A stretch of 64,000 bases of DNA from Myxococcales bacterium (lineage in GTDB: Bacteria > Myxococcota_A > Polyangia > Palsa-1104 > JAEUJZ01), in contig JAEUJZ010000074.1 of NCBI GenBank assembly GCA_016794505.1, forward strand, positions 49,061 through 113,060, written 5' to 3'. Under the pieces are notes generated by a model. The model did no database searches, had not been told where the DNA came from, and saw nothing but the letters and a program-made list of their open reading frames with translations. A program made the position numbers and the translations under genes. Positions 55,100 to 64,000 of this stretch are shown here, piece after piece. How positions within the stretch are numbered: the first letter of the stretch is position 1; every line of letters starts with the position of its first letter.

Positions 55100-56335
55100 C
55101 TACTTAGGACGCACGTCCGATCGGTTTGCATCGGACTGCGACGACGAGCTGGCGGGTTCTTGGGCCAGGTGCTCAATGCGGCGACCCAAGCTGCGCAGGA
55201 CAAGCGTGGCGGGCGATACCTCTTCGACGGCGATCTCGACGGTACCGGGCAGTCCATGCTGGAACGGAATCAATGTGCGCGGATCGGACAGCGGGCTCGC
55301 TGAATGGGCCGGCAACAGATCCAGCTCGACGCGAACCGTGCCATCGCGTGGCTCGGCGGCGACTCGCGACACACGGGCCGGCACCGCACCATACTGCAGC
55401 CAAGGAAAGCCAGTCAGGCGAAGCTCGGCTCGCTGCTGTTCGCGCACGCGGCCGAGCGCGCTCGCCGGATCGAATTCCGCGACCAGAATGAAATCACCAC
55501 GCGGCAGCAGCGTCGCCAGCTTGCTGCCCTCAGAGACATATGCACCCACCTGCAGCGCCTGCACTTCACCGACGGTGCCGTCGGCTGGTGCGCGAATCGT
55601 ATGGCGAGCGATCTGCTGTTCAAGCTCGGCCACATTGGCCATCAGGGTGCGCTGCTCGCCTTGCAAAGAAGTCAGCTCGCGGCGCAGACCTTCGATCCGG
55701 GCTTCCCCGCTGCGCAGTCGCGTCTTGCGCTCGGTCAGCGAGCGTTTGACATCGAGTGACAGGGCCGCCGAGGACGCCTGTCGCATCTCGGCTGTGGCCA
55801 ACACGCGCTCCCTCTCCAACTGTGAAACAGCCCCAACCAGTGCGCCATAGCGCTGGGCTTCGCGCTCGGCCAGCTTGGCCCCGATGGCGGCCTCTTGACT
55901 GCGAGCTTTGGCCTGCTTGGCGGCTACTGCAGCAGCGGCTCCCTCGGCTTGCACCGCCCCGCGGGTCGCTCGCAGCTCACTCACCGTGGCTTGCACCTGT
56001 GGCTCGATGGCCTGCAGTCGCGCCTGCGCACTGGCGAGCCGCTGCTGCTCAACCAGTGAGTCGAGTACAAACAGCACATCCCCCTTCTTCACACTCTGCC
56101 CCAGTCGAATACTGACCGTGTCGATCTTTCCTGCGATGACCGAATGCACACTCAGCGATGCTCCGCGCACTTCCAGTCGCGTCTGCTTGCTGACTTCATA
56201 GATCGTCACGCGCGCCCCAAACAGCCACAGCGTCCACGCCAACGCCGCGACCAGCAGAGCAAGCAGACCCACGGCGGCCGCACGCCCGCTGTCCTTTTGC
56301 AGAGATCGCAGGGTATGGGGAAACGGCTGTGCCAT
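55100..56335 (-). CDS. HlyD-family periplasmic adaptor (membrane-fusion protein) of a peptide export system
   Basis: An N-terminal TM anchor (LLALLVAALAWTLWLF) is followed by a biotinyl/lipoyl-like hairpin (GKIDTVSIRLGQSVKKGDVLFVLD), a long coiled coil and a C-terminal beta domain. Confidence 0.8.
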   Translation of the reverse strand: MAQPFPHTLRSLQKDSGRAAAVGLLALLVAALAWTLWLFGARVTIYEVSKQTRLEVRGASLSVHSVIAGKIDTVSIRLGQSVKKGDVLFVLDSLVEQQRLASAQARLQAIEPQVQATVSELRATRGAVQAEGAAAAVAAKQAKARSQEAAIGAKLAEREAQRYGALVGAVSQLERERVLATAEMRQASSAALSLDVKRSLTERKTRLRSGEARIEGLRRELTSLQGEQRTLMANVAELEQQIARHTIRAPADGTVGEVQALQVGAYVSEGSKLATLLPRGDFILVAEFDPASALGRVREQQRAELRLTGFPWLQYGAVPARVSRVAAEPRDGTVRVELDLLPAHSASPLSDPRTLIPFQHGLPGTVEIAVEEVSPATLVLRSLGRRIEHLAQEPASSSSQSDANRSDVRPK

Positions 56336-56358
56336 GACGTATCGAAATCCGCTGAACG

Positions 56359-58440
56359 CTAGGGATGTGCAATCACAAGCAGGGTCGGGGCCCGCTCAAA
56401 CACGCAGCGCAGCGTCTGCGACAAGGTCTCTGGATCAAGAGCAGCGAAGCTCTCATCGAGCAAGATGACCTGCGCACGCTGCAAAAGTGTGCGCGCTATG
56501 TACACGCGGCTGCGCTCTCCATGTGACAGCTGCCAGCCCGTCTCGCCCACGTGGGTATGCAGGCCGCTAGGCATGCGCTGCAGCAGAGGGCCCAGGCCCA
56601 GATCTTCGCAGACCTTCTGCGCGTCTGCGAGATCGGCAGCCGAAGGCGGCCAGGCCCGCCCCAGAAGCAAGTTGAAAGCCAGCGACTGGCTGAACAGATG
56701 ATTTTCGTGAAACTGCGGAGCCGTTGACACCAGTCGCCGCCAAGCGCGCCCCCCAAGCGCTGACATGTCCAAGCCACCGAGCAGGATCTGTCCATTCTCT
56801 AGCGGCAGCAGGCCAGTCAAACACGAGGCCAAGGTGCTCTTGCCGCTGCCCGATGGGCCCTGCACGAGCAGCCGCTGCCCCGCGCGAATCCGCAGCGTCA
56901 GATCGCGAAGAGCAGGTGTCGCCCCCCCCTGGCTGTAGCGCACCGTCACTCGCCGAGCTTCGAGCACCACCGAGTCGCGAGCAAAGCTCGGCAATGCAGC
57001 CGTCAAGGGCAGCGGCTCAGGCGCGGCGGCACTGTGCAGCAGGTGCCGACAGCGGCGAAGTGCGATGGCGACCCCACCCAGTTGAGACAGCCCTGCGCCA
57101 AGCTTGCTGAGAGCCCGAAAAGCCAGCATGACGCCTCCCAGACCCAGGCCAAGCTGTGCCGTGTCCGTTCCGCCATCCAGCCAACGGGGGATCAGCGAGA
57201 TGAGACCCGCGCTCAGCCAGCCATACGGCAGCAAGCCGAACAGCGCCGCTGACCAGCCATCGAGGGTACGCCCCAGCCTGTGGTACTCGACCAAGGCCTC
57301 GTCTTCTCCGCGATGGCGCTGGGCCCGCGGCTCTTGCACCAGCCGCGTGCGATGCCCAAGCATCTTTTCCAGCAAGTCCCCCACCAAGTGAAAGCGCGAC
57401 TCGGTCCAGTGCTGCCGCGTGCGATACAGGCAATAGGAAACGACGCCGACCAGCACGACCCAGGCGAGCAAGGTCAGCGCACTTGCCGTCGAGACAAACA
57501 GCAAAATCGGCAGCGTTCCAAGGAGATCGAGAAGCGCCGAGCCGGCTGCGATACCTCCCGCACGTAGGCCGATCTCGACGGCCTCCGACTCGATGATTTG
57601 ACAGACAAAGTCGCCGTAGCCGCTCTGTCGGGCCGCATCCAACGGCAGTTTGACGGCCCCCCACAGCAGGCGACGCCGCAGCAGAATTCCGATAGAAATC
57701 GCGACCCGACCCAAGAGCCAACTTTCGATCAAGGCCACAGGCGGCATGGCCATCAGGATCAACAAAGCAGCCCACAGCCAGCCGCGATCGATGCGTCCGT
57801 CCAACGCTCCGCGACCGACCAAGTAGAGCAGCGACAGACCCAGCGCATACTGGGCCACATGCGCGAGGCTATAGCCCAGGATCTGCCGCGTCACACCCTG
57901 CTCACGCGCCAGCAGCAGAAGAGGCCGGCCCTGTCCCAAGCGCACCAGAAACATCCCAGGAATCGCCAACCCACCCAACCGCCGCCGCAAAATCTCACGC
58001 GCGGCATGTACACGTCGGTCCCCTTCACCAATCCCCGTCTCGGTAAGGAGTGCCTCGATTTCGGGCAGCAGGGGGGCGAAGGAGGGTTGAGTGAGTGCGT
58101 CGACAATGAGCGAGATCTGGATCCATGTCTGCGCTCCGTCGGGGGAAAGGATCTGCAGGCGCTCACCGCGGCCACGCAGCACGACCAAGATGCCCTCTTT
58201 GGGCACGCGAAGCAGAAGCAGCGCGGGTGGGGCCTGCCGAAGCTGAGCATCTAGCTCGGCGAGCTGTAGCAAGACCGGATCCGCTTCCAAGCCGTAGTGC
58301 TTTGCGACCGCATCCATGAAGTCACTCAGGCTGCCGGGCGTTCCCTCAGGACTCTGCCCCGTCAATCCATGCGGCGGTGGTGGGGGCGAGGTGCTGGATG
58401 ACACGTGCCAACCAGACAACCGAGCCAGTGCGCGCATGGC
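56359..58440 (-). CDS. ABC exporter (fused TMD-NBD) with a non-catalytic N-terminal extension, the second ABC of a three-part RiPP/bacteriocin export cassette
   Basis: An N-terminal domain of about 150 aa has no catalytic Cys. A 6-TM domain follows. The C-terminal NBD carries Walker A (GPSGSGKST), signature (LSHGERSRV) and Walker B (ILLDESFAALD). The start is chosen at MRALARL (58440), downstream of the PCAT stop. Confidence 0.75.
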   Translation of the reverse strand, partial: AMRALARLSGWHVSSSTSPPPPPHGLTGQSPEGTPGSLSDFMDAVAKHYGLEADPVLLQLAELDAQLRQAPPALLLLRVPKEGILVVLRGRGERLQILSPDGAQTWIQISLIVDALTQPSFAPLLPEIEALLTETGIGEGDRRVHAAREILRRRLGGLAIPGMFLVRLGQGRPLLLLAREQGVTRQILGYSLAHVAQYALGLSLLYLVGRGALDGRIDRGWLWAALLILMAMPPVALIESWLLGRVAISIGILLRRRLLWGAVKLPLDAARQSGYGDFVCQIIESEAVEIGLRAGGIAAGSALLDLLGTLPILLFVSTASALTLLAWVVLVGVVSYCLYRTRQHWTESRFHLVGDLLEKMLGHRTRLVQEPRAQRHRGEDEALVEYHRLGRTLDGWSAALFGLLPYGWLSAGLISLIPRWLDGGTDTAQLGLGLGGVMLAFRALSKLGAGLSQLGGVAIALRRCRHLLHSAAAPEPLPLTAALPSFARDSVVLEARRVTVRYSQGGATPALRDLTLRIRAGQRLLVQGPSGSGKSTLASCLTGLLPLENGQILLGGLDMSALGGRAWRRLVSTAPQFHENHLFSQSLAFNLLLGRAWPPSAADLADAQKVCEDLGLGPLLQRMPSGLHTHVGETGWQLSHGERSRVYIARTLLQRAQVILLDESFAALDPETLSQTLRCVFERAPTLLVIAHP

Positions 58441-58484
58441 GTCGGCAGCCTTGCGCAGCGGCCACAGGACAGATGCGAGATTGC

Positions 58485-61265
58485 TCACGACTCCTCCTGC
58501 GAGCCATCTCGTTCTTTCCCCGAGACGAGCTGACCATCCACCATCGCGATGCGCTGCCACTCTTTGGATGCCCACAAGTCATGACGAACCGCTTTTTCGG
58601 CGCGCAGCAGCTTGGCAAAGCGCGAGTCGGGTTTGTTGCTGAGCGAAAGCGGTGGCCCCGATTCCACGAGCGTTCCGTCTTCGATCACGACAACCAGCGG
58701 AAACGACAGCGTGGTTGCGATGTCGTGCGAGACATAGATCAGCGTCGTTCGTTCCCACTTCTTCCGCGTACGGTCGAGCAGTTCCTGTCGCTGCGTGCGA
58801 TCGAGTCCGCGGAATGGCTCATCCAGCAGAACCAGCTGCGGGGTCGACTGCAGCAGCGTACGTCCCAGGCGGACTCGCTGCCCTTCACCGCCCGACACCA
58901 AGCGCCCGCCTTCCCCAAGTGCCGTCGCCAAACCAGCCGGTAAGCGCCCCATGACCCGCGACAAGTCCGCGGTCGCGATGGCTTCGCTGAGAGCATCGAC
59001 ACGGTCGCTGGCCTGGCCATAGTGCAAGTTGTCGAACAGCGAGCGGTTCCACAGCCGGATGTCTGGGTCGACCCATGCGACCTGGCTGCGTAGCTGCACC
59101 AGCTCTTCGTTGCTGACTTCGATCCCATTGATTCGCAGCGTGCCGCTTGCTGCACGATGAAACCCTAAAAGAAGGCCGATCAACGTCGACTTCCCCGCTC
59201 CAGAAACTCCTACGACGGCCACGTGCGTGCCGGCTGCGATGTCCAGGTTCACCCCTTTGAGCACCGGTCTTCCCGAAAGGACCACCGACACATCGCGCAG
59301 GCTGATGGAAATCGTCTTGGCCTCGCGCACGGTCAGCACCGATGCAGAGTCTTCTTCCGATTCGGCGGGTGCTCCCAGTGGCTCGATCAAGCGCATGGTT
59401 ACGTTGCGCAAGTCGGGATACTGCTGCAGCGACTGCGCCAGCTCGCCCGCGTTCCCCGGTAGAGCCATCGCCCAGTAGTACAAAAGCAGCAAGCCGGCTG
59501 CATCGCCGCCTCGGTCGAGATAGCGCGCGATGATCCAGACGATGAACAAATAACCGATGATCACTTGCACGCCCTGCGCGCTGACTTGGGCTCGCAGCCA
59601 GTCCAGTCGCACCCGTGCCCAGTGCGTCAGAACTTCTTCTTGATCGCGGACCAGTGTGCGCTCGGCTCCATGCGTTCGCGTTGGCGAAAGACCGATCAGG
59701 GCATCGAGATACGAGCGCATCAGCGTGCCGGCATACGTGCGCAGTCGCATGTCCAAACCGATGAGCCAGGGCTGAATCAAAAACGACATGCCAAGGACAC
59801 TCAACAGAAGCGAAAACACCAGCAGACGCTCTTGTGGCGCCACCCAAAACAAGGCTGCGGCCGTCAACGTCGTCATGGCCACTGAGCGCATCACGTCGAC
59901 GAATAGCTGCGGCAGCTGACGGACACGCGCAATGCTGTGCGCACGCTCGGTCATGTCTGAGATTGGCCGACTGTGAAAATAGTGATCGTTCAAGCGAGGT
60001 AGCTTGGCGAGCAAGGCGCTGCGCAGCTTGATCTCTAGGTAGCGGCCGACGCGCGTGATGTTCCACTGGGTGACGAGGACCAGCCCAAAAAGACCGCTCG
60101 CAAAAGCCACCACCAAGAGCGGGGCCATCAAGCGCTGGGTCGGAGATCGGACGAAACCGAGCACATGCAGCATGCTGCGGAACAGAGCATCCAGCTCGAC
60201 TTGTAGGGCTGCCGCCACGGCTGCCGCCGCCATCGCCAACGCCAGCAGACCTAGCTGCGTTCGCGGCAAGAGCCGGAACATGCTGCGCAGTGGACGCAAA
60301 GGAGCCTCGACCAGCGCGGCCCGCAGATCCGCGGGTAGGGCCGCCACGCGCTGTGCCTGCTGCTGAACGTCTTCCACGCGTCGACCTCGGATGGCAACCA
60401 AGACAGCGCCGCGAAGCAGCACTTGCTCCACCTGTGCAGTCACTGGCGCTTCGCCGGCAAGCGGGCGCACCGTCCAGTATGAGTCAGGGATCTGCGCCGC
60501 ATCGCGATGTGCGGCCAGTGCCTCGACGAAGCGACCGGCCTCTGCGCCAGAGCTGACGGCACGTGTCGCGATGAGATCAGACGCCATACGCACTGCGGCA
60601 TCCAGCTGAGCCCACGCTTGCCAAGAACCCTGACTGCGAGGACTCTGCAACAGACGCTGCTCGACCGCCTGCGGAATCCCCAACTGACGCATCCGCGTGG
60701 TCAGAGCGCGCGTGAACGCGTTGCCGCCCAGCCACTTGCGAATCGCGGCCACAGGCACCGGCTGCGTGTGAACGAACAAGCGCTGCAGAAAGCGTGCGCT
60801 GTGCTGCCAGTGACGGCCTGTGGCTGGATCCATGACTTGCACAAACTCGCCGTCGAGCCGCCAACACACGACGAAGTGCGGGACCCCATTTTCATGCCGC
60901 ACCACGGCGATCGCGGGCAGGTTCTTGCGTACGTCGAGCAGGATGTGATCGCCTGGAATAACCATCTGTTCGGCGACGAGACCAAGCCGCGCAGCCATGT
61001 CTTGCAGTGTGTCGATCGAGGTTCCATCGACCTCGGTCTGACACGCTTCGCGCAGGCGGCCATAGCTTGCGCCGATCCCCAGGCCGTTGAGCAGGGCGGA
61101 CAAAGCAGCCGGCCCGCAGTCCATCGAAGAGGTCTGGATGACTTCGGGAATCAGGAACCGCCGTCCGCCTTGGCTGGTCCACTGTTTTCGCCACTTCCTA
61201 ACTTCGGCGGTGAGCATCCTAACGGGCCATTCCGATTCACTGCATGCTCTCGGGCAGGCGCGCAC
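58485..61265 (-). CDS. Peptidase-containing ABC transporter (C39 peptidase + TMD + NBD; LanT/PCAT type)
   Basis: The N-terminal C39 double-glycine peptidase domain has its catalytic Cys in IPEVIQTSSMDCGPAAL. A 6-TM ABC membrane domain follows. The NBD carries Walker A (GVSGAGKST), signature (LSGGEGQRVRL) and Walker B (VLLDEPFRGLD). The true start may be MLTAEV at 61217. Confidence 0.85.
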   Translation of the reverse strand: MRACPRACSESEWPVRMLTAEVRKWRKQWTSQGGRRFLIPEVIQTSSMDCGPAALSALLNGLGIGASYGRLREACQTEVDGTSIDTLQDMAARLGLVAEQMVIPGDHILLDVRKNLPAIAVVRHENGVPHFVVCWRLDGEFVQVMDPATGRHWQHSARFLQRLFVHTQPVPVAAIRKWLGGNAFTRALTTRMRQLGIPQAVEQRLLQSPRSQGSWQAWAQLDAAVRMASDLIATRAVSSGAEAGRFVEALAAHRDAAQIPDSYWTVRPLAGEAPVTAQVEQVLLRGAVLVAIRGRRVEDVQQQAQRVAALPADLRAALVEAPLRPLRSMFRLLPRTQLGLLALAMAAAAVAAALQVELDALFRSMLHVLGFVRSPTQRLMAPLLVVAFASGLFGLVLVTQWNITRVGRYLEIKLRSALLAKLPRLNDHYFHSRPISDMTERAHSIARVRQLPQLFVDVMRSVAMTTLTAAALFWVAPQERLLVFSLLLSVLGMSFLIQPWLIGLDMRLRTYAGTLMRSYLDALIGLSPTRTHGAERTLVRDQEEVLTHWARVRLDWLRAQVSAQGVQVIIGYLFIVWIIARYLDRGGDAAGLLLLYYWAMALPGNAGELAQSLQQYPDLRNVTMRLIEPLGAPAESEEDSASVLTVREAKTISISLRDVSVVLSGRPVLKGVNLDIAAGTHVAVVGVSGAGKSTLIGLLLGFHRAASGTLRINGIEVSNEELVQLRSQVAWVDPDIRLWNRSLFDNLHYGQASDRVDALSEAIATADLSRVMGRLPAGLATALGEGGRLVSGGEGQRVRLGRTLLQSTPQLVLLDEPFRGLDRTQRQELLDRTRKKWERTTLIYVSHDIATTLSFPLVVVIEDGTLVESGPPLSLSNKPDSRFAKLLRAEKAVRHDLWASKEWQRIAMVDGQLVSGKERDGSQEES

Positions 61266-61441
61266 ACCCTACGCTGAGCCGCAGGTCATTTTATCACCCC
61301 AGGCAGCGCGCAAGATATCTCTGCAGAGGCGCCCATCCATCCCTCTGAATCGCTGGTGCAGCGTGCAGACCGCGATGCAGCGCCACACCGCGTTTCATGA
61401 TTGTTGTTCGGCGGATCCGTGGCATCAGAGATAATGGCTTC

Positions 61442-64000
61442 ATGGGGAAGCCTGAGGCTGCGTCGCAAGAAGCTGCCGATGAGCTGACTGGTGGCAGCAC
61501 GGCCCCAGAGCGGACGCGTCAGCAGATGGACGACTCGCATGTGAAAGACCCCGCACGCGCGCTCGACGAAGACGACAGCGATCAGTTCCAGACTGTAGAC
61601 ACGCCCAGCGCACGCTCGGCCTCGGCGTCCGCGCTGGCTGGCATCGTCGGTAGCGGTTCGATCGATGGCATCCCATCAAACCGCAGCGGACCGGTGCGTC
61701 CTGTGCCGATCAGCCAGCCGGCCATGCCAAGCAACGGCGCAAACAGCGGACCCAGCGACCCCGGAAGCTTCCCTGTTGCAAAGTGGGATCGCTATGACTT
61801 CCTCAGCCTGCTCGGTCAGGGGGGCATGGGCGCTGTGTATAAGGCGCGCGACCGTCGGTTGCGTCGCTTGGTGGCGTTGAAGTTCATCCGCGGCGGTGAT
61901 GAGCGACTGACGCAGCGTTTCATGCAAGAGGCGCGGGCCCAATCGCGTATCGATCACCCCGGCATCTGCAAAGTGCTGGAAGTCGGCGAGGTCGAGGGCA
62001 AGGCCTACATCGCCATGCAGTTCGTCGATGGCAAGTCGCTGCAGCAAGCCAAGAGCGAGCTGTCGATGCTCGACAAGGTCAGCGTCGTCAAGGCCGCCGC
62101 CGAAGCTCTGCATGCCGCCCATGAGCTCGGCATCATTCACCGCGACATCAAGCCCGCCAACATCATGATCGAGCGGCACGCCGACGGGAAATACTACCCA
62201 GTGATCATGGACTTCGGGTTGGCCCGCGACACCACCGAAAACACCGGCATGACCGAGTCGGGAACCGTGATGGGAACGGCCGCGTTCATGTCGCCGGAGC
62301 AAGCGCGCGGTCATGCCAAGTCCTTGGATCGGCGCACCGACGTGTACAGCCTTGGGGCCACGCTGTTTGATCTGCTGGCCGGGCGACCGCCGTTTCTGGC
62401 CGAGAGCATGGCTGACACGTTGATGCGGGTCATGCTGGATGATGCGCCGCCGCTGCGCAGCCTGGCACCCAATGTGCCTGAGGCGCTTGAAATTATCGTC
62501 GGAAAATCGCTGAACAAAGAGCCGGCGCAGCGCTATGCCACGGCCCAGGACTTTGCTGAAGATCTGCATCGCTTCTTGGAAAAGCGACGCATCATCGGCA
62601 AGCGTCTGAGCCTGTACTACCGCCTGCGCTACAAGGCGCAGCGCAACAAGCCGGCCGCCGTCATTCTGACGATCCTGCTGCTCACGCTGGTCGCGATGAT
62701 CGGATACGGCATTCGACTGCGCATTCAGGCCGCCCAGCGCGAGCGACAAGCCCGACAGCAAGCCGAGCTAGCACAGCGACTCGGACAAGAGATCAAAGAC
62801 ATGGAGTGGATGCTGCGCAGCGCACGGCAGCTTCCGCTTCACAACCTGGATCGCGAAAAGAAGATTATGCGCCAGCGCATCGAGCAGCTACAGCTCGACC
62901 TGACAGGATACGGCGAGCTTGCACGCGGGCTTGCCCACTATGCGCTGGGTCGCGCGCACACCGCTTTGCATGAGTATCCCGCCGCGCTAGAGCAGCTTCG
63001 CTTGTCGATCGCCGTCGGGAACGAGCGCCCTGAGGTGCTGTATTCCTTGGGCTATGTGCTCGGCAAACACTATGAGCAGGCCATGGCCGACGCACGCTTG
63101 GCTGGGGGCGGCGACTTCGCGAAGAAGCAGCTTAAGCAGATCGAGCCCACGTATCTATTGCCAGCCATTGATGCACTGCAGCGCAGCCGAGCGGTAAAGC
63201 TCGACGCAGCGGCGTACCTGGACGGGCTGATTGCGTATTACCAAGGCGACTATGAAAGCGCGATCCGACGAGCCAACGAGGCGCTGCTGGCGGCGCCATG
63301 GCTGTATGAAGCGCACAAGCTGATCGGTGATGTGCAGCTGCAGCGCGGGCTGCGGGCTGTCGATCGCGCGCAGTTCCCCGAGGCCGAGGTACACCTTGCC
63401 GCCGCCGTATCGAGTTTCGAGCAAGCGGCCCACATTGGGCAGAGCGATGCCGAGGTCTACGAGGCGTTGGCCGATGCCTGGATCCAGCGCATGGCCGTCG
63501 CGCAGCAGCAGCAGCAGCGCCCTGCGGTGCAGGCGGGCTATGCCGCAGTGCTCGCGATCAGTGACAAGATTCGCACCACCGAGCCAGGCAGCATCATGGG
63601 CCCGCTGAAGCACGCGCAAGCTCTGGCTTGGCGGATCACCGCCGAGGATCCCAACGATGACATCCCAGATCTGGCAACGCAGTGCCAGGTCCAAGCAAAG
63701 CGCGTCTTGGCGATGCAAGCGCAGCATCCATACGCCAGCAACTTGCTTTCTACGTGCATCGCGCTCATGGGGACCTTGGCCTTCGCCAAACGACAAGAGG
63801 CCGAGCCGTGGTTCCACAAATCGATCGCTGCGCTGGAGCCGATCCTGGAAAAGACGCCGTACTTTTTGGATGGCTTCCGCAACCTGGCGATGCACTATCG
63901 CGATCTGGCGCGGCATGCTCAGCGACGAGGCGGAAACGATCAGCGCCTGTTTTTGACGAAGTCTCTAGAGAACTTTGGCCGCGCGCTGGCGCTTGACCCC
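61442..64000 (+). CDS. Ser/Thr protein kinase with a transmembrane segment and a long TPR-like C-terminal domain (3' end beyond the window)
   Basis: Kinase motifs are present (LGQGGMGAVYKA, ALKFI, HRDIKPANIM, DFGLAR, AAFMSPEQ). A TM helix (AAVILTILLLTLVAMIGYGI) and a helical repeat region follow. The gene is absent from the ORF track because it has no in-window stop. The start could be 61397 or 61442. Confidence 0.75.
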   Translation, partial: MGKPEAASQEAADELTGGSTAPERTRQQMDDSHVKDPARALDEDDSDQFQTVDTPSARSASASALAGIVGSGSIDGIPSNRSGPVRPVPISQPAMPSNGANSGPSDPGSFPVAKWDRYDFLSLLGQGGMGAVYKARDRRLRRLVALKFIRGGDERLTQRFMQEARAQSRIDHPGICKVLEVGEVEGKAYIAMQFVDGKSLQQAKSELSMLDKVSVVKAAAEALHAAHELGIIHRDIKPANIMIERHADGKYYPVIMDFGLARDTTENTGMTESGTVMGTAAFMSPEQARGHAKSLDRRTDVYSLGATLFDLLAGRPPFLAESMADTLMRVMLDDAPPLRSLAPNVPEALEIIVGKSLNKEPAQRYATAQDFAEDLHRFLEKRRIIGKRLSLYYRLRYKAQRNKPAAVILTILLLTLVAMIGYGIRLRIQAAQRERQARQQAELAQRLGQEIKDMEWMLRSARQLPLHNLDREKKIMRQRIEQLQLDLTGYGELARGLAHYALGRAHTALHEYPAALEQLRLSIAVGNERPEVLYSLGYVLGKHYEQAMADARLAGGGDFAKKQLKQIEPTYLLPAIDALQRSRAVKLDAAAYLDGLIAYYQGDYESAIRRANEALLAAPWLYEAHKLIGDVQLQRGLRAVDRAQFPEAEVHLAAAVSSFEQAAHIGQSDAEVYEALADAWIQRMAVAQQQQQRPAVQAGYAAVLAISDKIRTTEPGSIMGPLKHAQALAWRITAEDPNDDIPDLATQCQVQAKRVLAMQAQHPYASNLLSTCIALMGTLAFAKRQEAEPWFHKSIAALEPILEKTPYFLDGFRNLAMHYRDLARHAQRRGGNDQRLFLTKSLENFGRALALDP

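Noticed and set aside
54688-55257. 189-aa ORF-track version of the precursor ORF
   Set aside because: Only the last 75 codons have an RBS, lower-GC coding character and peptide-like composition. The upstream part is R/P-rich and spans the promoter region.
61676-62761. 361-aa minus-strand ORF
   Set aside because: It is antisense to the plus-strand Ser/Thr kinase, whose catalytic motifs are unambiguous. The kinase is missing from the track only because it runs off the window.
1-64000. Search for CRISPR arrays, rRNA, tRNA, transposases and integrases
   Set aside because: No regularly spaced 25-40-bp direct repeats, no rRNA-like conserved stretches and no DDE or tyrosine-recombinase ORFs were seen. 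Intergenic regions are short and lack cloverleaf-like tRNA candidates on inspection. tRNAs cannot be fully excluded without a scan.

Overview
The window is high-GC bacterial DNA, by eye well above 65 % GC, apart from a few short AT-rich islands. The gene content points to Myxococcota. One secreted vWA protein ends in a MYXO-CTERM-type sorting tail (GCSC, hydrophobic stretch, RRRR). There are several eukaryotic-like Ser/Thr kinases, two PP2C phosphatases, FHA-domain proteins, two sigma-54 enhancer-binding proteins, an Oar-like TonB-dependent receptor, Kelch, NHL and PD40 beta-propellers, TPR proteins, and two FGE-sulfatase-domain proteins. About 50 coding genes sit on both strands and most match well-known families. 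Housekeeping genes include ahcY, thrC, alr, a NifS/IscS-type cysteine desulfurase, cinA and a UDP-sugar dehydrogenase. I recognised no rRNA, tRNA, CRISPR array, transposase or phage genes.

The most unusual part is a minus-strand locus from about 51.1 to 61.3 kb. It encodes a full-length LanB-type lanthipeptide dehydratase with both the N-terminal glutamylation part and the C-terminal SpaB_C elimination domain. Immediately upstream is a 75-aa, lower-GC small ORF behind a strong AGGAG ribosome-binding site. It has a leader-like N-terminus ending in KGG and a core that contains no cysteine. Upstream of that is a three-gene export cassette: a C39-peptidase ABC transporter, a second ABC transporter and an HlyD-family adaptor, as seen in NHLP/Nif11-type RiPP export systems. 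No LanC-like cyclase ORF is present in the window. This looks like a RiPP system in which a LanB acts on a Cys-free precursor, giving a dehydro-amino-acid peptide or other non-lanthionine chemistry, and it appears to be undescribed.

Other points of interest are a flavin-dependent halogenase-like gene 9 kb away, and two AT-rich islands carrying ATATTCC-type repeats next to the two FGE-sulfatase genes. Several coding tandem repeats include a PP2C phosphatase with a transmembrane segment and a Pro/Ala-rich tail containing a (TGA)n hexapeptide array. A 13-bp fourfold tandem repeat lies upstream of a secreted peptidoglycan amidase. Many long antisense ORFs in the supplied track are rejected as high-GC frame artefacts.
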